A stretch of 64,000 nt of DNA from the NCBI GenBank assembly GCA_963744145.1, contig CAVUSO010000001.1, positions 1,870,831-1,934,830 on the forward strand, written 5' to 3'. Positions within the stretch are counted from its first letter, which is position 1. Every line of letters starts with the position of its first letter. Below, piece by piece: positions 17,876 to 28,789 of the stretch. Below the pieces are notes generated by a model. The model was given only the letters and a program-made list of their open reading frames with translations, did not search any database and had not been told where the DNA came from. A program made the translations under genes and the position numbers. The DNA is from an uncultured cyanobacterium (GTDB lineage: Bacteria; Cyanobacteriota; Cyanobacteriia; Cyanobacteriales; CAWUOF01).

Positions 17876-18375
17876 GAAAACTCTGTTCTGTCAAGGACTC
17901 GCCTTTTGTCTGGGAGTAAGTTAAGCTATATCGGGAGTATTCCCACCAATTAAATTCCGTTGATGAGAGTGTATAGGAGTGAGGAGTGCGAAAACGGTAT
18001 CCCCATAAACCAAGTTTATCGGTGGTGTCATCCCAGTCAGAATCTGGTCTAAATTGGACGACACCCTTGAATGATCCTAAAAGTAGTGAACCTAATTCTC
18101 AAAATAAGCCCCCAAGTCTATCTTTACCCTTTACTAATTTACCCAGAAAGCCGATCGCCCCGCCAGAACCACCTATTTATTCGGATCACGTTGGTACTCA
18201 GTCCCAGGAAAATAGTTTCTCTCCACCTAATTTAGAGACTAAATCCAAAACTCCACCCAGTCGTTCTCTGAAAGCGAATCCAGGGTTGGGAAGACCGAGT
18301 TTGGAGATGGGACAACAATCGATCGCTAATCATCAGCGCGATCGCTCTCGTCGTTCTGGTCGCTCATCTGATCGA
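17876..18375 (+). repeat. 500-bp direct repeat, copy 2 (5' region of the intact beta-lactamase-like gene)
   Basis: Near-identical to 13016-13515. Confidence 0.9.
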
Positions 18376-19680
18376 TCTCCCCAAAATCCTCCAGCAACTC
18401 CTAGCTCAGGACGGACACCGATTCAAGTCCCAAAAGCGGTAAAACCGATCCCCAAAACTACGGTTTCTCAGTCGATCCCACCAACTCAACGACCAAAACC
18501 CTTCGACTCCCCCTTCGACTCCGCTCAGGGCAAGGCTCAGGGCAAGCATCCTCCAGGTAATCCTAAACCTCGTAAACGTTTGCGTCGTCCCCATCCCCAT
18601 CCTTTAGTTTATGGGATTCGGATGATTGTGTTAGGAGTGGGATTAGGTGCGATCGCAGGTACGATCTTATCAATTTGGGACCCTGCTAATCATAGCGCCG
18701 ATCTGCCTCAACCTAAATCTAATAGTCAATTGGTAGAACAACCGATTGAGAGTCAGCCCAAATTAGTCAATTTTGTACAATTAAATAGTGAAATTATTCC
18801 GCTCAAAGAAACTGTAAAATCATTAACATCACAAAATCCGGATTTAACTACTGGTGTGTTTATCTTAGATTTAGATAAAGGAGTTTATTTAGATTTAAAC
18901 GCAGCAGCAGCATTTTCGGCAGCGAGTACAATTAAGTTACCAGTTTTAGTGGCATTCTTTCAAGATGTAGATGCAGGGAAAATTAGTTTAGATGAAACTT
19001 TAATTATGAATCAGCAGGATATTGCTGAAGGTTCTGGAGATATGCAAGATCAACCTCCAGGAACTAAATATACAGCCTTAGAAACAGTGTCGAAAATGAT
19101 TGAAATTAGCGATAATACAGCAACTAATATGCTGATTAAACGCTTAGGTGGAGCCGAAGCTTTAAATCAACGGTTTCAGGACTGGGGTTTGGTACAGACT
19201 AAGATTAGAAATCCCCTCCCAGATTTAGCAGGTACAAATACTACCAGTCCTAGAGATTTAGCTAATATTATGGGATTGTTACATCAAGGGAAATTAGTAT
19301 CTGCCCCCAGTCGCGATCGGATGTTAGCAATTATGCGTCAAACTGTGAATAATTCCTTACTACCTCAAGGATTAGGTGAGGGAGCAACGATCGCGCATAA
19401 AGGTGGAGATATCGGTTCTTTACTCGCAGATGTAGGATTAATTGATTTACCGACAGGTAAATGTTATATTGCCGCAGTTATGGTCAAACGTCCCTACAAT
19501 GACGATCGCGCTTCAGAACTAATTCGTCAAATATCGAGTGCAACTTATAAATATCTTGATCAACCACCTACAACTGCTGATGCTACACCAGATTCAGAAA
19601 CAACTAGCACTCCAAAAGTACCTGATGATGCTATTGATCCACCAGCTTCTGTCAATCAACAAGCCAGGATGGAACAATAA
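17986..19680 (+). CDS. class A beta-lactamase-like serine hydrolase with Pro-rich disordered N-terminal region and one TM segment
   Basis: SxxK motif (ASTIKLPV), SDN motif (ISDNTATN) and KGG (HKGGDIG), following a low-complexity PPEPP/SQNKPPS region and a hydrophobic helix (LVYGIRMIVLGVGLGAIAGTIL). Contains the PFDSPFDSAQGKAQGK peptide, encoded by a motif also found in a MITE at 28836-28890. Confidence 0.7.
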   Translation: MRKRYPHKPSLSVVSSQSESGLNWTTPLNDPKSSEPNSQNKPPSLSLPFTNLPRKPIAPPEPPIYSDHVGTQSQENSFSPPNLETKSKTPPSRSLKANPGLGRPSLEMGQQSIANHQRDRSRRSGRSSDRSPQNPPATPSSGRTPIQVPKAVKPIPKTTVSQSIPPTQRPKPFDSPFDSAQGKAQGKHPPGNPKPRKRLRRPHPHPLVYGIRMIVLGVGLGAIAGTILSIWDPANHSADLPQPKSNSQLVEQPIESQPKLVNFVQLNSEIIPLKETVKSLTSQNPDLTTGVFILDLDKGVYLDLNAAAAFSAASTIKLPVLVAFFQDVDAGKISLDETLIMNQQDIAEGSGDMQDQPPGTKYTALETVSKMIEISDNTATNMLIKRLGGAEALNQRFQDWGLVQTKIRNPLPDLAGTNTTSPRDLANIMGLLHQGKLVSAPSRDRMLAIMRQTVNNSLLPQGLGEGATIAHKGGDIGSLLADVGLIDLPTGKCYIAAVMVKRPYNDDRASELIRQISSATYKYLDQPPTTADATPDSETTSTPKVPDDAIDPPASVNQQARMEQ

Positions 19681-19758
19681 ATTTTCTGGTAGAATCTGAT
19701 CAAACAATTACATCAGAACGACGGATTTTCCCGTTGACAACCGGAACATAAAACCTAA

Positions 19759-20370
19759 TTGTCGGCGATCGCTGGTTATTTTCTCCCATTCAACATTGTT
19801 GATATTAATTATATGATGATCAAACTAGAAGCCATATCTCCGAATCAATCTCAACCCAATAGTCCAGAGTTACGGATTTGGTATGGAATCCATGAAACCC
19901 CTTTTGGAAACTGTCTAATCGCTAGGACAGATCGGGGAATCTGTAATCTTTCTTTCTTCGATTTAATCAATACAGATATAGCTCAAGAGAATTTAGCTAG
20001 AAAATGGGTAAATGCCGAAATTATTTGGGATCAAATAGCAACTCAAGCAATTATAGATCAGATATTCAATCCAGTCGTTGTTAATAGTAATCCATTGATC
20101 GCATTGGTGGATGGTAGTAATTTTCAAATTCAAGTTTGGCAAGAACTGTTAAAAATCCCGTTTGGTAAAATTACCACTTACCAAAGTTTAGCACAAGCGA
20201 TCGCCAACCCTGATGCAGCTAGAGCGGTCGGTAATGCTTTAAGTAAAAATCCCATTGCATACCTAATTCCATGTCATCGAGTCATTAGGACATCGGGGGA
20301 CCTGGGTGGTTATCGCTGGGGATGGGAACGGAAAAGAGCGATGCTGAGTTGGGAAACGAGTCGAAATTAA
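19759..20370 (+). CDS. ogt: methylated-DNA--protein-cysteine methyltransferase
   Basis: C-terminal LIPCHRVIRTSGDLGGYRWG carries the PCHRV active-site motif. The start could alternatively be the MMIKLEAI Met near 19813. Confidence 0.8.
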   Translation: MSAIAGYFLPFNIVDINYMMIKLEAISPNQSQPNSPELRIWYGIHETPFGNCLIARTDRGICNLSFFDLINTDIAQENLARKWVNAEIIWDQIATQAIIDQIFNPVVVNSNPLIALVDGSNFQIQVWQELLKIPFGKITTYQSLAQAIANPDAARAVGNALSKNPIAYLIPCHRVIRTSGDLGGYRWGWERKRAMLSWETSRN

Positions 20371-20597
20371 ACTGGGGAGAGAGTTTTTAGAAATGGCGAT
20401 CGCTTGGACTGAAACAGGTAGCTCATCAAAGGAATTAGTAGATCGCAATCAAGATTACTGAGATTTAGGTAATTTAAGTTTTTTTGAGGAAAAATCAAGC
20501 TAACATCTAAACAATTAACTAAAGTAGAAACCAGACAGCTTTTACTTTAGCAAAAAACCTAACTTGTTGACTATATTCCAATGGAGAAATAGCTTCG

Positions 20598-22152
20598 ATG
20601 GATAAAAAGCATCCAACAATTGGACTGATTGAAGTTCCAGCAACGGGACTATATGATGCCGAAGGCAAAAATTGGACTTCTCTATATAGACATCGTTCCT
20701 TAATTAGCAAGCAAGTTTTAATCTCTGACTTGCAAGCAGGAGGATTTGATGCGCGATTAGTCAACCTCAGAGATGGGGATTATAGTGAAGAATTTGGTCA
20801 GAATCTTCTGGAAAGGGATGACCCTGCGGAAAATCTTCGTAGGGGGCAATATTTTTGCCCTCGATCCTCACGCATTCGATGCTTGGGGAATTACCGTAAA
20901 TTTTTCCCAAGATCGTCAAGTTAGCTGTATGCTGATTGAGCATTTAGCTAAAGGGGGTCGTCCGATTGTCGTTGGTGGCTCGGATGCAGTAGCTGAACCC
21001 CATCACTACTTGCAAGCTGGTGCAGCAGCAGTCGTTCTGGATAAATCTGGGGCAGCTAATTGGCCGATTTTTGACTATGTACTCGGAAAAACCCCAAGAG
21101 AAGAACTCACAGGCGTAATTTTTGCAGATGGCAAACAATATGCTAGGAAGACTAAAGCTAAAAGTCCTGAGGAGTGGGCGTTACCCTCGATCGAAGTGGC
21201 GCGGGAGTGTTTAGGGTTACTCCCCAATGTCCAAGGATTGGTGCCCATCGGTTCATTAGTGGCTGACATTGGTTGCGATCGCACTTGCGATTTTTGTATG
21301 ACACCGACCTACGGCACGGGCTATCGAAGAATGACCCCAGAAACAGCCCTTAAATGGTTGGCGATTCAGAAAGAAGCGGGGGCTATGTCGATTAATATCG
21401 GTTCTGATCAATTCCTCGCCCGTACACTATTTCCCGGAGGACGAGATGAGATCCTCGAAATTACTAATGGTGCGCGGGAGATCGGCATAACTCTCATGTG
21501 GCCAAATGGTTTAGAACTGAGGAAAACCACCCTCGGATCTGGGCGTAACTACGAAAGCACTGACCTTAGACCTGACGAAGAATTGATTGAAGCACTGTTT
21601 GGCTGGGATGGCAAAGTCGGCTGTCCTTTAGCTTATATCCCTGCTGAACGTCCTGTTTTTGGTCGAGAAGCATACAAGAAACTCCTGCCCTGGCAAGAGC
21701 ATTGTACGTTGATGAAATCTGTAGTCAGAACTGGTGTACCTGTCATTGCTTATGGGATTATCATTGGGCTACCCGATGATGACATTGATGACTTTTTACG
21801 TCTTGAGGAAGCAATCTCAGAACTCGTGGATGAACTGGTGGAGATTAACCCTAAAGTCGAATTTCAGATTGCTTGCTATAGCATTGCTCCCTTGCCCGGA
21901 ACCCCACAATCCCATAACTTACGCAAGTTAGGTTTGCTACAGTTTGAAGATTCTTGCGTTTGGGGAGGTGTATGGACACCGACTTGTAATACTCATCATC
22001 TTAGCTATGAGCAGGTTTCTGACTGGCAAATTCGCCTATCTAAGATTCGCAGATCAGCATCTGCATTTACTAACTATAGTGGGGAATATTCAGGATTAGT
22101 TAGTGGAGCTGCTTCCAACGACTCGAAGATTGCACTAGCGAATGTGAGCTAA
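20598..22152 (+). CDS. B12-binding radical SAM protein, apparently frameshifted. The N-terminal B12-domain ORF is 20598-20924; the radical SAM core ORF is 20773-22152.
   Basis: Cx3Cx2C (IGCDRTCDFCMTP) in the downstream ORF. N-terminal B12-domain-like sequence (IGLIEVPATGLYDAEG...) in the upstream ORF, and GGRPIVVGGSDA (the B12-domain GG motif) in the second frame. The two ORFs overlap in different frames around 20800-20850 near a GGGGG run. Confidence 0.6.
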
Positions 22153-22226
22153 ATACCTTTGTAGGGGTGCAAGAGCTTTTGCGCCCCTACTGATCAAATT
22201 ATTATGATGTTGAGGTAACTCCTAAG

Positions 22227-23837
22227 GTGACAATTGCTCCTATCATCCAAAAAACAGTTAACAAAATTTGTTTCTCGGTTGACTCTGTAACACCTTGTCT
22301 AGAACCATTACCTTTGCAAAGTGCCAAGTTGCAGATTGAGAAGGTATATGAAAAACCACTTCTTGCTTTCAGCCACAATGACCTTTTTAAAGTAGTCCAT
22401 GACGAAAGAGGTATTCATCCCTTAGCTTTAGCTGTTCATTATGCTTTTAGTTATCATCGTCCCTTGTTGCTAACTCCTGATATGATTTGGATATTGCTAG
22501 CTCAAGGCTTTGCACAACATATTAATAATTGTGCCGAGGAATTGCGCTACTCCTTTGTTAAACACTCTGGGAAAGAAGAATTAGTTGTAGAAACTAATAA
22601 AAAACCAAGTGAACCATCTGAATATGCTGAATTTGTAGAGCAATTAGTTCTTGTAATTCGAGACTTTGTAGGAGCCGATATATATCGATTGATGGAGTGC
22701 AACTTTAGCACTACTACACCCATAATTCGCACTACTAGTCACATAGTGATGATGGATGCTTTTAAAGAATACTTTAGATATGAATTGAACGGTTTGTGTG
22801 GTATTCCTAATATTACTTTTTTAGGTACAGTCGCAGATTGGCAAAATATCTATGAGCGGGTAAAGTTCATGGGTCATTATAAGTTAAGATGGTGGACAGA
22901 TCGAATATTGCCAATTTGTGAAGAGTTTATTAAAACAGCGGCAGGAAACCCTAATCAGAAGTTTTGGCAATCTATTTATAAACCTGAAAAAATCTATAGC
23001 AATCAGGGTATTACTGGATGGTTAGTCTATCTTTTTCCTTATTTACAAGATGCAGTAACTAAACAGCCTTTACACCAAGTTAAAAATCTTCCTGATGTTA
23101 GAAACCATATCCTAGATATTCCTTTAGAAGAATTGACAGTTGAAGATCACATTAGACTTGCAGATTTGCCATCAGGACTGTCACGGGCTGAATTTAAATA
23201 CAAAGAAGGATTAATTGAGGAGCAACAAGAATTAATTGCTGGATTTATTGGTCTTTGTCAGCATCCAGATACAGGCATTTTATGCCCGGAAATAGGCTGG
23301 GGTGTTCGAGATGGAGATAAATTTTTGCAGGTGCTAAATGACTTGAAAAAAAAGCACCATACCAATCCTCCAATTAATTGGTCTGATGATCTTTTTTATA
23401 GGTACTTTGGCTGTCGTGAAATTCTTCAATTATTAAAATGCTTTGATGGTGCTATACTTTTCGCTAATAGTAAGAATCCCTGGTATATTTTACAGGCAAA
23501 AGATTACAAACGTTGCTATGTTTTTAAAAGTGCTACTAATTTTAATCTTTTTAATATCATTGGTGAATGTACTTCTTTCATAAATTTGAAAGATGGACGG
23601 TGTATTGCTTATGTAGGTCCTGTCTGTTCTGATGGTTTTTTAACTTTGTCGGGGATATTAGTAGGTAAGCCTTTTAAATATCCTTTTGAAGAAGAAGCAA
23701 TTGGATTAAAAGAGACAAAGGTAATTGCTGTAAGTATTTTACAATTTTTTGAACGAGTTTTAGCGTCATCAGGAAAATCCTATTTTGATGAACCTAATTT
23801 TATTCCTGATCAGTCCCTACGGGCATTATATTACTAA
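22227..23837 (+). CDS. hypothetical protein (536 aa)
   Basis: Long clean ORF with coding-like composition; no motif confidently recognised. Confidence 0.5.
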   Translation: MTIAPIIQKTVNKICFSVDSVTPCLEPLPLQSAKLQIEKVYEKPLLAFSHNDLFKVVHDERGIHPLALAVHYAFSYHRPLLLTPDMIWILLAQGFAQHINNCAEELRYSFVKHSGKEELVVETNKKPSEPSEYAEFVEQLVLVIRDFVGADIYRLMECNFSTTTPIIRTTSHIVMMDAFKEYFRYELNGLCGIPNITFLGTVADWQNIYERVKFMGHYKLRWWTDRILPICEEFIKTAAGNPNQKFWQSIYKPEKIYSNQGITGWLVYLFPYLQDAVTKQPLHQVKNLPDVRNHILDIPLEELTVEDHIRLADLPSGLSRAEFKYKEGLIEEQQELIAGFIGLCQHPDTGILCPEIGWGVRDGDKFLQVLNDLKKKHHTNPPINWSDDLFYRYFGCREILQLLKCFDGAILFANSKNPWYILQAKDYKRCYVFKSATNFNLFNIIGECTSFINLKDGRCIAYVGPVCSDGFLTLSGILVGKPFKYPFEEEAIGLKETKVIAVSILQFFERVLASSGKSYFDEPNFIPDQSLRALYY

Positions 23838-24194
23838 TATAGATGTTTTTCATAAGTTAAGATTATTACCTAAGAAAATAAATAATACAAACAATCCTGC
23901 TCAGGGAGTCTTCTTGGCAAAAAGATTGGTGAAAAGCCGAGGAAGATGAAGCATGGCAGAATTTATAAAAGGTGATGGAGGTAAATTCAACATTCAACTT
24001 TCGGTCAATGTACAGAGTTGATAATTACCATTCCGATCGAGGTCAATCTAAACTAATTAATACCTCAATTCAGTGGCACTTCTCTTCCGGTGTAACTGAT
24101 CTGAAATTTTCGTATCTTAAACTACTCTCAATTTACCTCATAGATTTTAAAATATAAAATAGCCGATCGCTATGATGAATAGTCATAAATACTT

Positions 24195-24845
24195 ATGAAT
24201 CACCTCAACCAAGTATTTACTCCTAGCAAAGCAGAAATTTGGCAACAGTTCTGTAGTGAAATCAGCAATGAAATTGTCCATTGCCAAGTATGGCAAGGAG
24301 AAAGAGTTGTGGTAAAAGAGCAACAATGGACAATTAGTTTAGATACCTATAATCGGCGACTTTCCACTAAAAAAGGGATCTTGAACTACACCTATACTAG
24401 GATCAGAGCGCCTTATCTCAATCAGGATAACTTTCAATTCACTATTTATCGGAAAGGAGTATATAGCGATCTAGGGAAATTCTTCGGAATGGAGAATATT
24501 CAGAGCGACGATCCTTGGCTTGACCAAAATTTTATCATCCAAAGCAATAGTCAAGCAAAAGTCAAAGAATTATTAAAAAATCCCCGGATTTATGAGCTGA
24601 TGTCTAGTTACCAGTCTATCAATTTACCAACTGGAGCAGATGAAGGTTGGTTTGGCACCTGTTTTCCCGAAGGACTCGACGAGCTATATTTGCAAATCCA
24701 CGGTATCATTAAAGATATTGACCGACTCAAATGTCTATTTGAGTTATTTGCACAAACTCTCAACTATTTGTGTCAAATGAACTCTTATGACAGCATATCA
24801 CCTAAATTTGTGTTAGACGCAATCGAGAGAAATTCATGGCCATAG
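24195..24845 (+). CDS. hypothetical protein (216 aa)
   Basis: Clean ORF immediately upstream of gatB, overlapping it by 10 nt. Confidence 0.45.
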   Translation: MNHLNQVFTPSKAEIWQQFCSEISNEIVHCQVWQGERVVVKEQQWTISLDTYNRRLSTKKGILNYTYTRIRAPYLNQDNFQFTIYRKGVYSDLGKFFGMENIQSDDPWLDQNFIIQSNSQAKVKELLKNPRIYELMSSYQSINLPTGADEGWFGTCFPEGLDELYLQIHGIIKDIDRLKCLFELFAQTLNYLCQMNSYDSISPKFVLDAIERNSWP

Positions 24846-26320
24846 CTACGCCAGTAAAACTAGAATATGAAGCTATCATCGGTCTGGAAACGCACTGTCA
24901 ACTCAGTACCGAATCGAAAATTTTTTGCAACTGCTCCACTAAATTTGGAGCAACTCCCAACCAAAGTGTATGTCCAATTTGTATGGGGATGCCCGGAGTA
25001 TTACCAGTATTAAACCAAAAGGTACTGGAATATGCAGTCAAAACCGGACTAGCTCTGAATTGTGAAATTGCACCCTATAGTAAATTTGACCGGAAGCAAT
25101 ACTTTTACCCCGATTTACCAAAAAATTACCAGATTTCTCAATATGACCTCCCGATCGCGACACAGGGATGGTTAGAAATTGAGTTAGTCGATGAAAAAGG
25201 TGCTTCGACTCGCAAAAAGATCGGGATTACCCGTTTGCACATGGAAGAAGATGCGGGTAAATTAGTCCATGCTGGAAGCGATCGCTTATCTGGTTCAACT
25301 CACTCATTAGTAGATTTCAATCGGACTGGTATACCCCTAGTCGAAATTGTCTCCGAGCCAGATTTGCGTAGTGGTCAAGAAGCAGCAGAATATGCAGAAG
25401 AACTACGTCGGATTCTCCGTTATCTGGGTGTCAGTGACGGGAATATGCAAGAAGGTTCGTTACGTTGTGATGTGAATATTTCCGTTCGACCGGTAGGACA
25501 AAAAGAATTTGGGGTCAAAGTCGAAATCAAAAACATGAATTCTTTTAACGCGATCGCGCGTGCGATCGATTATGAAATTGAGCGACAAATTCAAGCGATC
25601 GCTAATGGAGAGAAAATTAAACAAGAAACCAGACTATGGGAAGAAGGTAGTCAACGCACAATTAGTATGCGGAGTAAAGAAGGTTCTAGTGATTACCGCT
25701 ACTTCCCGGAACCCGATCTAGCACCAATCCAAGTTCCCATCAGTCAAAAACAACGTTGGTACAGTGAATTACCAATCCTACCAGCAGCCAAACGACACCA
25801 TTATGAAACCCAATTAGGTCTTTCGGCTTATGATGCCCGGGTTTTAACCGATGATTGTCAAGTAGCAGAATATTTTGAAGCTACAGTAGCAACTGGTGTG
25901 AACCCTAAACAAGCAGCTAATTGGATTATGGGAGATATCACCGCTTATCTGAATCAGCAAAAACTGGGGATTAATGCGATCGCACTGAAACCTTCAGATT
26001 TAGCCGAATTAGTGGGCTTAATTGAAACTGGCACAATTAGCGGTAAAATCGCCAAAGATATTTTGCCAGAACTATTAGTCACAGGTGGATCACCCCAGCA
26101 CCTCGTAGAACAAAAAGGCTTAGTCCAAATCTCTGATGCGGCTACTCTAGAAAAGATTATTGATCAGATCATCGCGGCTAATCCAAAAGAATTGGAACAA
26201 TACCGGAATGGTAAAACCAAACTCCAAGGGTTCTTTGTTGGTCAAGTCATGAAAAAAACTGAAGGTAGAGCTGATCCTCAGCTCACTAATCAATTACTTG
26301 CCCAAAAATTAAATCCCTAA
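24836..26320 (+). CDS. gatB: aspartyl/glutamyl-tRNA(Asn/Gln) amidotransferase subunit B
   Basis: [24 protein letters not shown] ... [17 protein letters not shown] are characteristic GatB N-terminal motifs, and a C-terminal GatB/YqeY domain is present. Confidence 0.9.
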   Translation: MAIATPVKLEYEAIIGLETHCQLSTESKIFCNCSTKFGATPNQSVCPICMGMPGVLPVLNQKVLEYAVKTGLALNCEIAPYSKFDRKQYFYPDLPKNYQISQYDLPIATQGWLEIELVDEKGASTRKKIGITRLHMEEDAGKLVHAGSDRLSGSTHSLVDFNRTGIPLVEIVSEPDLRSGQEAAEYAEELRRILRYLGVSDGNMQEGSLRCDVNISVRPVGQKEFGVKVEIKNMNSFNAIARAIDYEIERQIQAIANGEKIKQETRLWEEGSQRTISMRSKEGSSDYRYFPEPDLAPIQVPISQKQRWYSELPILPAAKRHHYETQLGLSAYDARVLTDDCQVAEYFEATVATGVNPKQAANWIMGDITAYLNQQKLGINAIALKPSDLAELVGLIETGTISGKIAKDILPELLVTGGSPQHLVEQKGLVQISDAATLEKIIDQIIAANPKELEQYRNGKTKLQGFFVGQVMKKTEGRADPQLTNQLLAQKLNP

Positions 26321-26535
26321 ATCCTTTTCCCCTCATATAACTTTATAATTGAGGGGATTTTTTGGTCAAAAATTTAATTAGGGGGTATTACCCCTCTTGT
26401 CGAAATAGGTTTATTATTGTAGGGAAATGCACCCTGATGGTAGGGAGAGTTACCTTGGTGGCTCTCCTTTTTCTTTTTTTTTCTGAAGCACTTGATATAA
26501 TCGCCTCTGGAACTAAGATTTAGAGGGAAAATATT

Positions 26536-27777
26536 ATGACAGAATGGCAGAAAATTTCTGGTGGGGTGACCGCACCAAGAGGATATAAAGCAGCAGGGAT
26601 CACCGCAGGGTTAAAACCTTCTGGAGCTAAGGATTTAGCATTAATTTGGTCAGAAGTAGATGCGATCGCAGCAGGTGTATTTACTACATCTGTAGTGCGA
26701 GCTGCTTGTGTAGACTATTGTCGTCAGCTATTACAAACTAAACCAATTGCTCGAGCAATTTTATGTAATGCCGGACAAGCGAACGCAGCGACAGGTGCCC
26801 AAGGATTAGCTGATGCTCTGGAAAGTGCTAAATTACTGGGAGAAGCATTAAATATTCCGTCCGAATCAATTTTGCTGACCTCCACAGGAGTAATTGGACA
26901 GCGGATTAAAATGGATATTTTACGCGCAGGAATTCCGAAGTTAGTAGCAGCAGCATCAGAAACGGGAGGAGATGAAGCTGCTCAAGCGATTATTACCACA
27001 GATTTAGTTCCGAAATCGATCGCTTTAGAAACTACTTTTGGCGATCGCACAGTCCGGATCGGGGGAATGTGCAAAGGTTCTGGGATGATTCACCCTAATA
27101 TGGCAACTTTACTAGCATTTGTTACCTGTGATGCTGCCGTATCACCTCCATTATGGCAACAAATGCTGAGTCGTGCTGCGGATAAAAGTTTCAACCAAAT
27201 CACTGTTGATGGAGATACTAGCACCAACGATACCCTCTTAGCCTTAGCTAATGGTCAATCCCGCACTCCTGCAATTACCGAACCAGGACCAGATGCGGAA
27301 AAACTAGAAGCCATGTTAACAGAAGTTTGCATCTATTTAGCCAAGTCGATCGCTCGGGATGGAGAAGGTGCGACTTGTTTAATTGAAGTTCAAGTGAGTG
27401 GTGCTAGTGATGACAAAGCTGCTCGTCAAGTTGCCAAAACGATTGTTGGTTCATCTTTATTTAAGTCAGCAATTTTTGGTCGCGATCCTAACTGGGGTAG
27501 AATTGCTGCGGCAGCGGGTCGAGCGGGTGTATCCTTTGAACAAGAAAACCTCCGGATTCAACTAGGAGATTTCTTACTGATGGAACATGGTCAACCTCTT
27601 CCCTTTGATCGTCCTGCTGCTAGTGCTTACTTAAAAGCCGCCGCCGCAGGTGTATACTTACAATCAGATACCGTGTTAGTATCCGTCAGCATTGGTAATG
27701 GACCAGGTGCAGATAAAGCTTGGGGTTGTGACTTAAGCTACGATTATGTCAAGATTAATGCTGAATATACAACCTAA
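26536..27777 (+). CDS. argJ: bifunctional glutamate N-acetyltransferase / amino-acid acetyltransferase
   Basis: 413 aa. Autoproteolytic site context ATLLAFVTCDA with TSTND, typical of ArgJ. Confidence 0.9.
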   Translation: MTEWQKISGGVTAPRGYKAAGITAGLKPSGAKDLALIWSEVDAIAAGVFTTSVVRAACVDYCRQLLQTKPIARAILCNAGQANAATGAQGLADALESAKLLGEALNIPSESILLTSTGVIGQRIKMDILRAGIPKLVAAASETGGDEAAQAIITTDLVPKSIALETTFGDRTVRIGGMCKGSGMIHPNMATLLAFVTCDAAVSPPLWQQMLSRAADKSFNQITVDGDTSTNDTLLALANGQSRTPAITEPGPDAEKLEAMLTEVCIYLAKSIARDGEGATCLIEVQVSGASDDKAARQVAKTIVGSSLFKSAIFGRDPNWGRIAAAAGRAGVSFEQENLRIQLGDFLLMEHGQPLPFDRPAASAYLKAAAAGVYLQSDTVLVSVSIGNGPGADKAWGCDLSYDYVKINAEYTT

Positions 27778-27828
27778 AAAATAGGGCGTTGCTGATTTAC
27801 AGTATAAAGAAATAATCTGTAGGGGCGT

Positions 27829-27856
27829 ATTGCAATACGCCCCTACGAATAAAAAT
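27829..27856 (+). repeat. 28-bp perfect palindrome GTAGGGGCGTATTGCAATACGCCCCTAC (dispersed family; other copies at 6067-6088, 6807-6828, 12065-12086, 12237-12258, 12507-12530 variant, 22161-22190 variant)
   Basis: Read directly from the sequence. Seven copies within 64 kb. Confidence 0.85.
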
Positions 27857-27895
27857 GGCTGTGACCTTAAATGACTCTTTAATTAAGATAAAAAT

Positions 27896-28723
27896 ATGTT
27901 AGAATTACACTGTCACACTACTTATTCTGACGGTACTTTGACCCCAACCGAACTGGTGATTAGTGCCGTGAAAGCAGGAGTTCGCGCTCTGGCAATTACG
28001 GATCACGATACAATCTCCGGATGGGATGAGGCTTTTGTCGCTACTCAAGCTTATCCCCTAGAAATTGTCCCAGGATTGGAATTAAGTACGGTTCATCATG
28101 ACCGTTCTTTGCATATTCTTGGTTTTTATCCTGATGGTAATAAGTTGCGCGATCCTTTACGGGAACGTCTCGCAGGTAGAAAACGTCGCGCTCAGGAAAT
28201 GTTAGAGAAATTAGCAGCATTAGGATATCCAGTTGAATTACCAAAATTAGGTGAAGGAATGGCACCGGGACGTCCCCATATTGCGATCGCTTTAGTAAAT
28301 GCAGGTTATATTGAATTCCCTCAACAAGCTTTTGACAAATGGTTAGAAGAAGATCGTCCTGCTTATGTACATTATGAAAAATTTTCTAGCTTTGATGGTA
28401 TTGCTTTGTTAAGAAAATGTGGTGCTGTACCAGTCTGGGCTCATCCTTATTTATTTCGAGGTGGAGCAGTTGACCAAGTTTTGCCAGAATTAGTTAATGC
28501 TGGTTTGATGGGAGTAGAAGTTTATCATCCCCATCATACTCCTGGACAAATTGCTCATTTAGAAAAATTATGCGCTCAGTATAATTTACTCATTACTGGT
28601 GGGAGTGATTATCACGGACCGACTCCTGGGAAAAAAAATCCCGAAACCTCCTATTTAAATCAAATGGGTCTACCTTTGCACTTGCTGGAGCCAATTAAAG
28701 AAGCTGCTCATAGTTTAAATTAA
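27896..28723 (+). CDS. PHP-domain phosphoesterase (TrpH/YciV-like)
   Basis: N-terminal LELHCHTTYSDGT and later His/Asp clusters (ITDHDT, WAHPY, GGSDYHG) typical of the PHP family. Confidence 0.8.
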   Translation: MLELHCHTTYSDGTLTPTELVISAVKAGVRALAITDHDTISGWDEAFVATQAYPLEIVPGLELSTVHHDRSLHILGFYPDGNKLRDPLRERLAGRKRRAQEMLEKLAALGYPVELPKLGEGMAPGRPHIAIALVNAGYIEFPQQAFDKWLEEDRPAYVHYEKFSSFDGIALLRKCGAVPVWAHPYLFRGGAVDQVLPELVNAGLMGVEVYHPHHTPGQIAHLEKLCAQYNLLITGGSDYHGPTPGKKNPETSYLNQMGLPLHLLEPIKEAAHSLN

Positions 28724-28789
28724 GAATTGAGATGGCTAAACTGATTTACCCGTAACGGTTCAGTTCAGATTTTTTTTGGGGAATATCTC

